A stretch of 64,000 nt of DNA from contig OY782781.1 in NCBI GenBank assembly GCA_963678315.1, positions 384,001-448,000 on the forward strand, read 5' to 3'. The notes under the pieces were generated by a model. It did not search any database. It saw only the letters and a list, made by a program, of their open reading frames with translations, and was not told where the DNA came from. The number at the start of each line of letters is the position of its first letter. Within the stretch, counting starts at the first letter, position 1. The stretch is from Candidatus Cloacimonadales bacterium (GTDB lineage: Bacteria > Cloacimonadota > Cloacimonadia > Cloacimonadales > JAFGVF01). Both the position numbers and the translations under genes were made by a program. Positions 39,048 through 49,726 of the stretch are shown piece by piece.

Positions 39048-42000
39048 ATGTTTTTATCAAATCTATCAATTAAAAGACCAGTCATGACTACCATGCTTAT
39101 CTTGGTCTTCCTACTATTTGGTATTTTAGCATTCTTCAAAATACCAATAGACCTCTTCCCTACTGTGAACATTCCTTATGTTCTTATTACTACCGTGTAT
39201 CCTGGTGCAGGTCCCTCAGAAGTTGAGACCCAAGTAACCAACATAATTGAGGATGAAGTAGCAACTATTAGTGGGTTGGATAATATTCAATCCTATTCAC
39301 TAGATAATGTTTCTACAATAGTGCTCAAATTTGATTTAGCAAAGGACCCTAAAGAAGCTAATCAAGAAGTTAAAGACAAGATTAATAAAATTGTTAGTGC
39401 ATTGCCAAGTGATGCTGAGCAACCAACTATTGAAAAGATAGAAATGGATACATTCCCTATTATTGACTTGGTTCTATCATCTAACAGCGACCAGATAAGT
39501 CCAATTCAACTTTATGAATTAGCTGACAATGATATGAAAGATATGTTTGCTAAGATTGATGGTGTAGCAAGAGTTGAGCTTTCTGGTGGTCAAGAAAGAG
39601 AAATAAGAGTTGAAACTGATAGTAGAATATTGAAATCTAATAATATCTCAGTATCTCAAATTAACAATATTATTGCCATGAACAATAACGATATTGCTGC
39701 TGGCTACTTCCAAAACAAGAAAGATGAAATTTCAGTAACTACTAATTCAGAGTTTAATTCGATTAAAGAGTTGCAAAACCTTGAAATTCCTGTTGATGGA
39801 GGAAGCAAGAAATTATCTGAACTAGCTAAAGTATATGATGGCAAAAAAGATATTCGGTCTACTTCTGAGTATATAGACAAAATAAATAATAAGAAATACA
39901 ATAAACTTGTTAAGATTAGTTTGATTAAGAGCTCAGATGCAAATACTGTTGCTCTGGCGAAAGATGTTAAGAAGGCTATCCCCCTTCTTCAAGAGAAACT
40001 CCCTGAAGGTGTTGAGCTTAAAATGATTTATGATAATTCAGAGTTCATTGAATCCTCAGTAGAAGATACTATTTCAAACTTGATTCTTGGTATTCTCCTT
40101 ACTGGCTTGGTTCTTTTCTTATTCTTGCATGATTTGCGTTCTACTCTAATTGTTGCTTTATCAATGCCAACTTCTATTATCTCTACCTTCATGGTAATGG
40201 ACGCTGTAGGATTCTCATTTAATATGCTATCCCTGATGGGATTATCGACAGCTGTGGGTGTCCTGGTATCTAACTCCATTGTAGTTCTAGAAAATATATT
40301 TAGACATAAGAATCTTGGTAAGAACAATAAAGAAGCATCCTTAGTGGGCTCTTCTGAAGTTACAACAGCAGTTATTGCATCAACAGCAACTAACCTTGTA
40401 GTGTTCTTGCCTATTGCGGCTATGTCTTCAATGGCTGGCCAGTTCTTTAAAGAGTTTGCCCTAACCGTATCATTTGCTACAGTATTCTCACTTATTATGT
40501 CTTTCACTTTAACTCCAATGCTATCTTCTTTAATCCTACCAAAAGAAGAGAAGCTAAATTGGTTTGGAAGAGTTATGGAAAACATCTTCAAATCATTTGA
40601 AAGACTATATGAGAGAGTTCTAACATTCACTCTAGGTTCAAGACTCAGACCGAAAGTATTTACATTCCTTATGATTATAGCCTTACTTGCAACATTTATG
40701 TTTGTAGCTCCAAAACTAGGTTTTGAGTTTATGCCAGAGTTCGACCAAGGTGATATTGTGGTTAAGATAGAGCTCCCTGAAGGGACTACTCTTGAGCAAT
40801 CAGGTCAAAAACTTAAAGAGATAGAAGATATTATTCTTTCTCATGATGAAGTAAAACACGTTATAACTACGGTTGGTGGCGATAATGGTACTCATATTGC
40901 TTCTGCTGAAGTTAAACTGGTTGATTCAGACCTAAGAGAGATTACTACTTCACAGATGAACCAAGTTATTATATCTGAAGTGAATGAAATTACTAATGCA
41001 AAGATATTCTGTAAATCTAACCGTGATGAAGGCGGACAGAGTCCTATCCAATACTTCTTATTATCTACAGATAAAGATGTACTTGATTCTTATGTACCTA
41101 TCTTAAATGCTAAAATGAAGCAAGTAGAAGGATTAATCAATTATGATGTAACATATAGAACAGGTAAACCTCAGTTAACTATAATTCCTAAAAGAAGAGT
41201 TATTGCAGATGCAGGAATTACTGCCTATGACCTTGCAATGACAGTTCGAGCTGCTACAGAAGGTTTAACATCATCTGTTTATCGTGAAAATGGCGAGGAA
41301 TACGATATAAGAGTTACCTTTGAAGATACATCTATCCAGACTCCAGAAGAGATCGGAGCCTTAACAGTTGCAACTCCTTACGGTCCTTATACTGTATCTC
41401 AATTAGCATCTATTACTAATACTCAGACAACTACTCAAATTACTCACCGTGATAAGCTAGCATCATTAGTTATTACTGGTGAACCTGCTACAGGATTCCC
41501 TTTGGCTACTGTAACAGGGAATATCCAAAAAGCATTCGATGAAATGGACTTTGGAAGCGATGTCGAAGTTAAAGTTGGTGGTCAAGCAGAAGATATGGAC
41601 GAGACTAACAGAGACATGGGACAAGCTTTTGGCTTGGCGATTATTCTAACTTACATGTTGCTTGCTTCTCTTCTTGAGAGTTTCACCCAACCGTTCTTAA
41701 TTCTTACTACCTTACCAATGGCTACTATTGGTGTCTTCCTGTTGATGTTCTTAGCTGGAACAACCATGAACCTCTTCTCTATGATGGCTATTATCATGCT
41801 GATTGGTCTGGTGGTGAACGATGCTATCTTGATTCTTGATTATACTAAGACCTTGATGAAGAATGATAATTTAACAGCTAAAGAAGCCCTTCTTATTGCC
41901 TGTCCAACTAAAATGAAGCCTGTGATAATGACTACTTTGGCTATTATCTTAGGTATGCTACCTATGGCAATGGGAATTGGTTCTGCTGGTAAAGAGATGA

Positions 42001-42128
42001 GGATTCCAATGGCTATGGTTCAAATCGGCGGTATGGCAACATCTACTATTCTGACCTTATTGTTAATTCCATCACTTTTCTACTTAACACATTCTAAGAA
42101 AGAGAAGAAGTTAAAAAAGAAGAAGTAA
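39048..42128 (+). CDS. RND efflux permease (AcrB/AcrD/AcrF family)
   Basis: SIKRPV, YPGAGPSEVE, IVVLENI, P..MTTLAIILGMLPMA; 1026 aa. Confidence 0.95.
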   Translation: MFLSNLSIKRPVMTTMLILVFLLFGILAFFKIPIDLFPTVNIPYVLITTVYPGAGPSEVETQVTNIIEDEVATISGLDNIQSYSLDNVSTIVLKFDLAKDPKEANQEVKDKINKIVSALPSDAEQPTIEKIEMDTFPIIDLVLSSNSDQISPIQLYELADNDMKDMFAKIDGVARVELSGGQEREIRVETDSRILKSNNISVSQINNIIAMNNNDIAAGYFQNKKDEISVTTNSEFNSIKELQNLEIPVDGGSKKLSELAKVYDGKKDIRSTSEYIDKINNKKYNKLVKISLIKSSDANTVALAKDVKKAIPLLQEKLPEGVELKMIYDNSEFIESSVEDTISNLILGILLTGLVLFLFLHDLRSTLIVALSMPTSIISTFMVMDAVGFSFNMLSLMGLSTAVGVLVSNSIVVLENIFRHKNLGKNNKEASLVGSSEVTTAVIASTATNLVVFLPIAAMSSMAGQFFKEFALTVSFATVFSLIMSFTLTPMLSSLILPKEEKLNWFGRVMENIFKSFERLYERVLTFTLGSRLRPKVFTFLMIIALLATFMFVAPKLGFEFMPEFDQGDIVVKIELPEGTTLEQSGQKLKEIEDIILSHDEVKHVITTVGGDNGTHIASAEVKLVDSDLREITTSQMNQVIISEVNEITNAKIFCKSNRDEGGQSPIQYFLLSTDKDVLDSYVPILNAKMKQVEGLINYDVTYRTGKPQLTIIPKRRVIADAGITAYDLAMTVRAATEGLTSSVYRENGEEYDIRVTFEDTSIQTPEEIGALTVATPYGPYTVSQLASITNTQTTTQITHRDKLASLVITGEPATGFPLATVTGNIQKAFDEMDFGSDVEVKVGGQAEDMDETNRDMGQAFGLAIILTYMLLASLLESFTQPFLILTTLPMATIGVFLLMFLAGTTMNLFSMMAIIMLIGLVVNDAILILDYTKTLMKNDNLTAKEALLIACPTKMKPVIMTTLAIILGMLPMAMGIGSAGKEMRIPMAMVQIGGMATSTILTLLLIPSLFYLTHSKKEKKLKKKK

Positions 42129-42147
42129 TAAACTAAAATATCAAACT

Positions 42148-42193
42148 TGGGTGTAAGTATTCTAAGATAAATGGATACTTACACTCTTTTTTT
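42148..42193 (+). terminator. Terminator of efflux operon
   Basis: GGGTGTAAGTATTC...GGATACTTACACTC followed by T7. Confidence 0.8.
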
Positions 42194-42198
42194 AGGCA

Positions 42199-42312
42199 TA
42201 AAAAAATAGAGACTGCACATCCACGAACAATCTCTAAAATTATTTAATTGAACTAACCTGACAATTCAATTAAGGTATCATATTGAATTTCTCCAACATT
42301 TCTGAATCACAC
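42199..42312 (-). ncRNA. Candidate small RNA (promoter, hairpin and terminator, no real ORF)
   Basis: Minus-strand TTGACT-16-TATATT (42346-42319); hairpin TTAATTGAATTG..TAGTTCAATTAA; terminator TAGAGATTG..CAGTCTCTA-T7. Confidence 0.45.
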
Positions 42313-42429
42313 AATATCAATATATCTGCATTTCTTGCAAAGTCAATCAAAAGACAACTAGGCTTAAACTTAGCATTGCCAAGATACTAATAGGCACTAC
42401 TGAGTTGCAATCTATCAATAAATTCTTTA

Positions 42430-42800
42430 GGCCCAGATGATGTTAGTTTTAGAAGTGCTTTCAGGACTAGAAATCTAATCTTTATTCTCATTTACCCCTT
42501 TAGTGTATCCAGCACAGTCGGAACGCCCTCATCCCTGATGGCCAAACCTACGAAAGTAGGTTGTGTATAAGATTTAAATATAAGAGCCGGCACGGAGGCC
42601 AGCGATCCCAGTACCCCTAATTCATAACTACTAACTCCTCACTTATAGTTCCTAACTGCCTATGTCCTCTTGCCCCTCCTGCATAAAAGCCAATTTAATG
42701 CAGGAGGCCCTTGAGGTTAAAGCAATATATCATCTAATTAGCTTTAAAAAAAATGTATGTCCTGTCCTAAATGATTTAATCGCTTTATCGGGCTTCATGA
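42430..42800. repeat. Intergenic REP-like repeat island 4
   Basis: REPIN-like copy 42508-42612, CCTAACT heptamer-like run, hairpin CCTCCTGCAT..ATGCAGGAGG. Confidence 0.75.
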
Positions 42801-42849
42801 CAACCGGCAGACAGGTTAGTGCTATCCCTATTCTTCTTACAAATAAGCT

Positions 42850-43632
42850 CTAGCTATTCATCCAATTCTTAAAATCTGAAATGTTTGAACGTGTAACAAT
42901 AACATCATCATCAAACTCAGGATCTACACTAAGAAGTAATCTACTATTAAAGAAAGTATGAATCTCTTTTATTGAAGCAATATTAATTATCATTTGTCTA
43001 TTAATTCTAAAGAAGGTCTCTGGTGAGAGAATACCATCTAATTCATCCAATGGAGTATCGAGAGAGTACTTTCTCTTATCTTTAGTCATTAGATAGGTTG
43101 TCTTATTATTAACGTAGAAATAAGCTATATCTTCTGATTTGATTGATTTATATATATTCCCAACTTTGATTAAGAATCTAGACTTATATTTCTTATCTTG
43201 ATTAGATATATAGCTTAGTAGTGTTTCAACATCATGTTTGTTACTTACATCATAATCTCTTTCAGTTTCAAAGCTTTCACGCATGAGATTAAGCTTGTCG
43301 AAAGCGCTTTTGAGTTTTCTTGCTGTAATAGGTTTTAATAAGTAATCTATACTATTAACTTTGAATGCATCAAGAGCGAAATCATCATAGGAAGTAGTGA
43401 AGATAACTTTAGATTTAATATCAACTTCTTTAAAGATGGAAAAACTAGAACCATCAGAAAGTTGGATATCTGCCAATATAACGTCAGGGTGTTGATTATT
43501 ATTAAGCCATTCTATTGATGCTTTTACTGAGCCAATTATAGCACAAACTTCATGCTCAATTTCTAACTGGTCTAATAACTGAACTAATCGTTGGGCAACA
43601 AATTCTTCATCTTCTATTATGAGGATTCTCAT
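42850..43632 (-). CDS. LytTR family response regulator
   Basis: IIEDE, DIQLSDG, IFTTSYD, DYLLKP, FFRINRQMII. Confidence 0.95.
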   Translation of the reverse strand: MRILIIEDEEFVAQRLVQLLDQLEIEHEVCAIIGSVKASIEWLNNNQHPDVILADIQLSDGSSFSIFKEVDIKSKVIFTTSYDDFALDAFKVNSIDYLLKPITARKLKSAFDKLNLMRESFETERDYDVSNKHDVETLLSYISNQDKKYKSRFLIKVGNIYKSIKSEDIAYFYVNNKTTYLMTKDKRKYSLDTPLDELDGILSPETFFRINRQMIINIASIKEIHTFFNSRLLLSVDPEFDDDVIVTRSNISDFKNWMNS

Positions 43633-45488
43633 ATTTTCTCCTTTCTTTCAATTAAAGGTATTTTAGCTATATAGTAGCCATCTTTCTTTTTAAATTCAGG
43701 TTTTTTATTTGTATAGAATTTATATATTTTCTGTAAATTCATTTGACCAATTCCAATAGAATCACTTTTATATTGGAATTGTTTATTCTTCTCATTCAAA
43801 TTATTGATGATGATTAAGAAGTCTCTTTCATTATAGATATCGATATACATCTTGTTTTCTTTGTCAATAGTATTATGTTTAGCAACATTCTCAATAAGAG
43901 TCTGCAATGACAAAGGTGGTATATTATAGTTTAAGTACTTATCCTCAATATCAAAGTTGATTACATAATTGTCTCCATATTTAATATGAAGAAGATAAGT
44001 GAAAGAATCTAAAAAATCTAACTCTGATTCCAAGTCTATCATTTCTTTACTGTCTGTTTGAAGTACATAACGGTACATTGTTGAAAGTTCTTCAACATAG
44101 TTGACGGCTTTATCTTGGTCAATGTTGATTATAGAAATCAAAGTAGACAGACTATTAAACAAGAAGTGAGGATTTAACTGACCTTTCAAATGATTAACAT
44201 TCATTCTAAGTCTTTCACGTTCTAATCGGAGAATTTCATTCTCTTTCTGTTGAAGGTCCAAGTTTTTTTGTAATAGTGCTGATTCATTCTTTCTGAACCT
44301 AGCAAAGAAGCTATATACAAAGACATAAAGAATAACCACAGAGATGATAACATAGGCTAATGACACATAAGGTACGTAAGAGAAGTTATCTGTGATATAC
44401 AGGCTTAAAGGACCTGTTATAAAGACAATCGCAACAATCATACTAATTTTCAGTTTAATTATACGGAAATTCTTTATTATTACAAAAAGCATTGAAACTA
44501 TAGTTAGAAGATATAAGAATATGTTTACATAGTTCAAGGCATCATAATACTGAATAGTGTTAGTAACCATGAAGTTGATTATAGTAAATATGATAATTGC
44601 AGACTTGATATACTTTAAGAACCTAACTTTTCCTTCTGCAAAGATATAATCAGCCATAGTAATTGTAAGAAGTAAGTAAAGTTGGAACATTATAGAATCC
44701 AACCAATAATAGAGCTTTGGAGAAAAGCCTATGTAAGACATTAAAAGGGTGTTTAATCCATGATCTAAACCAATAACAAGAGAATAGATAAAGACAGCCC
44801 AAAGGTACTTTCTCAGTGACTTAGAGCTCTTAATCATTAAGAGCAGACTAATAAGTGCTATTAAATAGAAGAAAACTGATACAGAGTAATTAAGAATCTG
44901 AACAAAGAACAGTTGTACAACCAAATATAAGAAGTCTGTATCTGTAGGATCTTCATTTAAGAACATTAGTGAAAAAGGTACTGGATAACCAGGTATATAG
45001 TCATCATACTCAAAGTAAACATATTTTTCTTTATCTTGATAATCAATTGAGAGTAAATGAATAAACTCAGCACGTGTAGAGTCTGAATAGATTTGTTTAT
45101 TATTATAGAATACTTTGAATGGAGAATAGTAGCCAATAAAGAACATTCTCTTCATTTCTCCTGATTTCAAGGAATCTGGTAAGGCTACACGATAAAGCAG
45201 TTTATCTAGACTCTTCCTCTTTTCTTTATCTAGGTATCCGAGTTCGCTCCATGAAAGGCTGTCACTAGAGAAATCTTCCGTTTTAAGATGTTCACCTTCT
45301 TTGATTACATGGAAGCGGAGAAGCTCTGCTGAAAGTAAATAATGCATACTTGTTTGCTTATCTTCATTTACTTGTGTACTATCAGAACTAATTTCATGTT
45401 CTTGATCAGGTTCAATAACTAATAAAAATAGAAAAAGAACAAGGGATATAGATAATAACAGAAAAATAATCTTCTTCTTCAAATTCAA
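43629..45488 (-). CDS. LytS/YehU-type membrane histidine kinase
   Basis: QLNPHFLFNSL, PPLSLQTLIENVAKHN, GIGQMNL; multiple TM helices. Confidence 0.92.
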   Translation of the reverse strand: MNLKKKIIFLLLSISLVLFLFLLVIEPDQEHEISSDSTQVNEDKQTSMHYLLSAELLRFHVIKEGEHLKTEDFSSDSLSWSELGYLDKEKRKSLDKLLYRVALPDSLKSGEMKRMFFIGYYSPFKVFYNNKQIYSDSTRAEFIHLLSIDYQDKEKYVYFEYDDYIPGYPVPFSLMFLNEDPTDTDFLYLVVQLFFVQILNYSVSVFFYLIALISLLLMIKSSKSLRKYLWAVFIYSLVIGLDHGLNTLLMSYIGFSPKLYYWLDSIMFQLYLLLTITMADYIFAEGKVRFLKYIKSAIIIFTIINFMVTNTIQYYDALNYVNIFLYLLTIVSMLFVIIKNFRIIKLKISMIVAIVFITGPLSLYITDNFSYVPYVSLAYVIISVVILYVFVYSFFARFRKNESALLQKNLDLQQKENEILRLERERLRMNVNHLKGQLNPHFLFNSLSTLISIINIDQDKAVNYVEELSTMYRYVLQTDSKEMIDLESELDFLDSFTYLLHIKYGDNYVINFDIEDKYLNYNIPPLSLQTLIENVAKHNTIDKENKMYIDIYNERDFLIIINNLNEKNKQFQYKSDSIGIGQMNLQKIYKFYTNKKPEFKKKDGYYIAKIPLIERKEKI

Positions 45489-45756
45489 ACCTCAATTTTA
45501 ATAATCTTGTTTCATAGCGATCTTGCGGGAAAGTCAAATTAGTAGGTCTCCCATTTAACAAGCTTAGCTTAATTAACACTATAAAGGAGTATTGTTTGAT
45601 TTTTGGCAAGTAATTAATCTACAATAGAAGAAAATAATCATTAAGTTGCAGAATTTAGTATCTAGATTGCTTAAGACAGTCTTTTATTTGAAGAGATAAT
45701 ATCTTTAGGGATATTAATATTATAAATTGGGGAAAAGATGTAAATATTTTTGGGCA

Positions 45757-45800
45757 TAAAAATGCAGAGGGATCGGGCGGGGAGCCCGATCTATCTCTGC
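45757..45800 (-). terminator. GC-rich terminator after gingipain-like gene
   Basis: Minus strand GCAGAG-ATA-GATCGGGC-TCCCC-GCCCGATC-C-CTCTGC-ATTTTT. Confidence 0.8.
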
Positions 45801-45815
45801 TAGCATACAAGGAGG

Positions 45816-48800
45816 TTATTTCATCAGCATCATCTTTTTGGTTTGGTTATATGTTTTGGTTTCTAGACGATACATATATATACCTGTTGCAACATCCGTT
45901 CCAAAGTTATCAGTACCGTCCCAAACTATTGAGTGATAACCAGCCTTAACTTCTTGATTAACAAGAGTTTTAACTAATTGTCCTTTTATATTAAATATTT
46001 TTAATTTAATTTTACCAGATTCCTTAACTGCATATTTAACAGTAGTTTCTGGATTAAATGGATTTGGGAAGTTTCCTTGAAGCTTAGTTACTACTGGAAG
46101 TACATTATTGTCTGCAGTGTTTACACCTTCACCAACCCCGTTAACATTTACAAATATTTCATCATTTGCAGGGTCATTAGAGGTGATAGTAATAGCTTCA
46201 GCGTAGCTTATATTCTGCACTGGAGTGAAATACACAGTGAATGTTAATTCTTGGTTAGGATCTATTGAATAATTCATCATAGTAGCAGGTTCTTCATCTG
46301 CTAAACCAACCTTAAATATTTCTGTTCCAGTTATTTGTCCAGCAAGAATAGTCTCACCTGTGTTACCGAGTGTGATGTCAACAGTAGTTACACTAGCACA
46401 ATTTCCGAAATCATGATTGTAAGTATCAATAGTAATTTCAGGAGTACCAGCATTTCCACCACCTGATGGGAATACAATGTAGTCAATCCAAGCACAGTCA
46501 GAACCAGAACTCATGCTATAATCCTTGTCATAAGTCCATTTAAAGGTATGATTACCTGCAGATACATCGTAAGAAACTTCTTGCCATGCAACAGTTCCAC
46601 TCCAACTATCTTGTGCAGCACCATCAATATAGAAAGTTAATTCATCATAGCTAGCTTCAGATGAAACCTTTACCCAGAAAGTAATTTCGCCTTGAGCTAC
46701 ATTGTTCATAGAAAGAGTCAATGAAGTATTTTGGTTATCTGATATAGTGTTTGATTTTGCAGAATAAGTACCTTCGTGTGATTCATCGTTAACAACTGTC
46801 CAACTAGTAGTTGCATAATCGAAAGAAGAGAAATCACCTGATTCAAAGTCTTCAAAAACAAGACCAATTGAAGAAGTAAATTCATCATTATTACTTACTT
46901 CATTAGCAGATGCAAAATCAATTTCGAAATCAGCTACAGAACCAACTGCAACATAATCTGAAACTTGAATAGTAAATACAGCTTGAGCAGTTGCACCAGT
47001 TGCAACAGATTCAAAGTTAATATCATTCTGAGTGATAGTTACACCAGGTGTACTTGTTGCCAATGTTGCAACAAGATCATTAGCTACATAGCTTCCAAGG
47101 TTTGTGAAATCAACAGTAATATCTGCAACATCACCTGGATCAAGTAAGCTATTATCGTTATCATCTATACTAATGTCAGCAATTTGTAGTCTAGGAGCTA
47201 CAGCTGCATAGTTAAGGTCATATTCCCAAGTATCGTCTCCTGCTGTCATAACAACATGAAGAGTTACAGGAGCATTTTCTTCTAAACCGTTTACTAAAGC
47301 AAATTCAATTGCAGTATCAACAGCAACAGATTCATCAGCATCAACTGAAGCGATAGTTGCAGAACCATTAGTAATTTCTGCATTTTGAAGAGCAGTAACA
47401 ACTAAATCAACGTTAGATACTGACTCAACACCAACATTCATAACATTAAGGTTTAGGCTGATATTTTGACCAGCAGCCATGTCACCAGTAGCGTTTTGTG
47501 ATTCAATAACTAAGTATGGACCTTCTGCAGGGATAACTTCAACTGTAGTAATGTATGGTTGGTAATCAGTATGAGAAAGAACTAATTTAGCATTACCAGG
47601 CATGCTGATAGCTTCAAAGCTAATTGTTCCATTACCACTAGCATCAGTTAAGCAAGTTCCTAATAATTCACCGTCAATAGATAGAGCAGCATAAGTATAA
47701 GGAGCAGCAGTAATATCAAAGCTATCCATTCCTACAAGAAGTGATGCTTGATAGTCTGGAGTTTGAGCATCAGGTTGGCCCATGTAAGGCATCAATGAAG
47801 GGTCACCCATGATAGAGTAAATTTCCCAGTAGTAGTTCTTTCTAGTTGAAGAAGAACCTTGAACAGTCATATTACCAGTAACAATCATACCACCAGCAGT
47901 GTGTGCCCAATCTTCGAAAGCTTCACCATGTTCATGGAATAAACCATCGTAAGTACCGTGACCTGTAGAAGCAAAAGAAGGAGTTGAAGTAGAAGTTGGT
48001 GTAAAGTGACCAACTGACCACCAGTAATCTTCATCCCAATATGTTGAGTTAGTACCACCAATATAGATAACAGCACCGTTAGATGCTCTTAACCAAGCTT
48101 CACCGAAACATGTAGCAGTATTAAAGTGGTTAGTTAAACAGCAGTTACCAACAACAACAGGGTACATTTCATCATTTGAGAAACTATTGATATTAGAAAT
48201 AGTCATTTGTGGATCATGCCATGTTGTTTCAGAACCGTGAGCAGTATAGTTTAAGAAACCTAAACCTGCATTCACATCTGATATAATAGCAGATGCACTA
48301 GAACCTGAAGCAGGGTATTCATAAGTTGTAGCATCGATACCATGAGCTGAATTAAAGTAGTTTTGGCTACCATAATATAATGTACCATTACCATGAGTAG
48401 GAGCCCATGAACCATCAACACCAGCAATAAGAGTTACTCTTTCTAAATAAGAAGGATCACTAAATTCATATTTTTCATACATTAAAGTTTTGTTAACTTG
48501 TGGTTCTAATTGAGAAACACTTGTTGCAGAGAATCTACCATAATACATTTCAGGTAAATAGTCAGTACCTTGAAGTCTTACATAATTAAGGTCAGTAACG
48601 TGACCAGAATCTGTAGAACCTGTGAAAGCAGGAACTTGTTGAGTATCACCAACAATTAAAAGATATGAAGGTGCAGGATTTTCAGCTGTAGCAGCATCCC
48701 AAAGACCTTGCATATAGTTTTTGATAGAAGTTGTTGTAGAACCGATTGTTTCTGTAGTTGCAATAGTAACATCATAACCTTGTTCTTTCTTCCAGTTAAT

Positions 48801-49577
48801 AAATGGTTCTAAAGTATCTAAGAAGTTACTTGGTGTTACAATTACGTATCCCAATGGATAGTTTTCTAAAGAAGTTCTTGTATTATTTGTATAATTAAAA
48901 ACTGATTTAGCTGCTATACCTTCAAACATGAAAGAAGATGTTTTTGCTTTTAATTCTTCAGTAGCACTATAATCGCCACCAACAAAAGATATTTCAACAT
49001 CTGCACTATTGATAACGTTGATATCATTTGTAACAGGATTATAAGATACAGGATAGAAAGCAACTTCAAAAAGTCTGTTACCTCTCATGTAACCAATTTC
49101 TTTAACTGTTACAGGATTTTGATTGGATCTTTGGTTTGTGTTATAATATTCATTATTAATTACAAAAGGAACATCTTTCTTATCAACACACTTTTCAACT
49201 GAAGGTTGAGCAGGAATAACTTTATAAGAGATTCCTCTGTTCATAAGATTAATAGTACTTTGTGATTTAATTCTAATGTTTGTTTCTACACTTGCCCCTA
49301 CTGGAACAGAGATTATCTTTAAACTGTAAGGAAGTTTAGGTAAACCTTCTTGACCTGTTAAGCTATAATCATTTGCAGAGATTTCTACAAAATCTCCACC
49401 TTTTGTAGAAATAATTTGAGACTGAATGTCTCCTAATTCATAGTTAATTTCAATTCCTGAAAAATCATTACTAAGTAATTCAATTTCATTCTGGTGAGTA
49501 TCAAGTAATGTTTCTTGACTAGCCATCACTAATGTAAGTGAAGCCAACAATAACATTAAAATGTACAATTTTTTCAT
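45816..49577 (-). CDS. Gingipain-like C25 cysteine protease (Kgp-like) with propeptide, Ig domains and FlgD-Ig/T9SS-type CTD
   Basis: YLLIVGD, EMYYGRFSA, catalytic YTAHGSET and GNCC, YWDEDYWWSVG, GDPSL; C-terminal NFPNPFNPET..IFNIKGQLV..WDG..TGIYMY. Confidence 0.9.
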   Translation of the reverse strand: MKKLYILMLLLASLTLVMASQETLLDTHQNEIELLSNDFSGIEINYELGDIQSQIISTKGGDFVEISANDYSLTGQEGLPKLPYSLKIISVPVGASVETNIRIKSQSTINLMNRGISYKVIPAQPSVEKCVDKKDVPFVINNEYYNTNQRSNQNPVTVKEIGYMRGNRLFEVAFYPVSYNPVTNDINVINSADVEISFVGGDYSATEELKAKTSSFMFEGIAAKSVFNYTNNTRTSLENYPLGYVIVTPSNFLDTLEPFINWKKEQGYDVTIATTETIGSTTTSIKNYMQGLWDAATAENPAPSYLLIVGDTQQVPAFTGSTDSGHVTDLNYVRLQGTDYLPEMYYGRFSATSVSQLEPQVNKTLMYEKYEFSDPSYLERVTLIAGVDGSWAPTHGNGTLYYGSQNYFNSAHGIDATTYEYPASGSSASAIISDVNAGLGFLNYTAHGSETTWHDPQMTISNINSFSNDEMYPVVVGNCCLTNHFNTATCFGEAWLRASNGAVIYIGGTNSTYWDEDYWWSVGHFTPTSTSTPSFASTGHGTYDGLFHEHGEAFEDWAHTAGGMIVTGNMTVQGSSSTRKNYYWEIYSIMGDPSLMPYMGQPDAQTPDYQASLLVGMDSFDITAAPYTYAALSIDGELLGTCLTDASGNGTISFEAISMPGNAKLVLSHTDYQPYITTVEVIPAEGPYLVIESQNATGDMAAGQNISLNLNVMNVGVESVSNVDLVVTALQNAEITNGSATIASVDADESVAVDTAIEFALVNGLEENAPVTLHVVMTAGDDTWEYDLNYAAVAPRLQIADISIDDNDNSLLDPGDVADITVDFTNLGSYVANDLVATLATSTPGVTITQNDINFESVATGATAQAVFTIQVSDYVAVGSVADFEIDFASANEVSNNDEFTSSIGLVFEDFESGDFSSFDYATTSWTVVNDESHEGTYSAKSNTISDNQNTSLTLSMNNVAQGEITFWVKVSSEASYDELTFYIDGAAQDSWSGTVAWQEVSYDVSAGNHTFKWTYDKDYSMSSGSDCAWIDYIVFPSGGGNAGTPEITIDTYNHDFGNCASVTTVDITLGNTGETILAGQITGTEIFKVGLADEEPATMMNYSIDPNQELTFTVYFTPVQNISYAEAITITSNDPANDEIFVNVNGVGEGVNTADNNVLPVVTKLQGNFPNPFNPETTVKYAVKESGKIKLKIFNIKGQLVKTLVNQEVKAGYHSIVWDGTDNFGTDVATGIYMYRLETKTYNQTKKMMLMK

Positions 49578-49726
49578 ACGTTATCTCCTCTAGTATTCTT
49601 ATTAAATTTAAATAATTTACATTTTTTTTAACAATTATAATAGTATGTATTGCAATTTTAGAACCAGTAATTACAACTAAGTTTTCAATTACAAATATTA
49701 ACTACCCTATTACATCTTATATATAA

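Noticed and set aside
40028..40630. 200-aa antisense ORF and similar shadow ORFs (e.g. 753-1007, 5733-6113, 9027-9359, 16424-16777, 60234-60569)
   Set aside because: They lie antisense to well-supported genes and carry no independent motifs.
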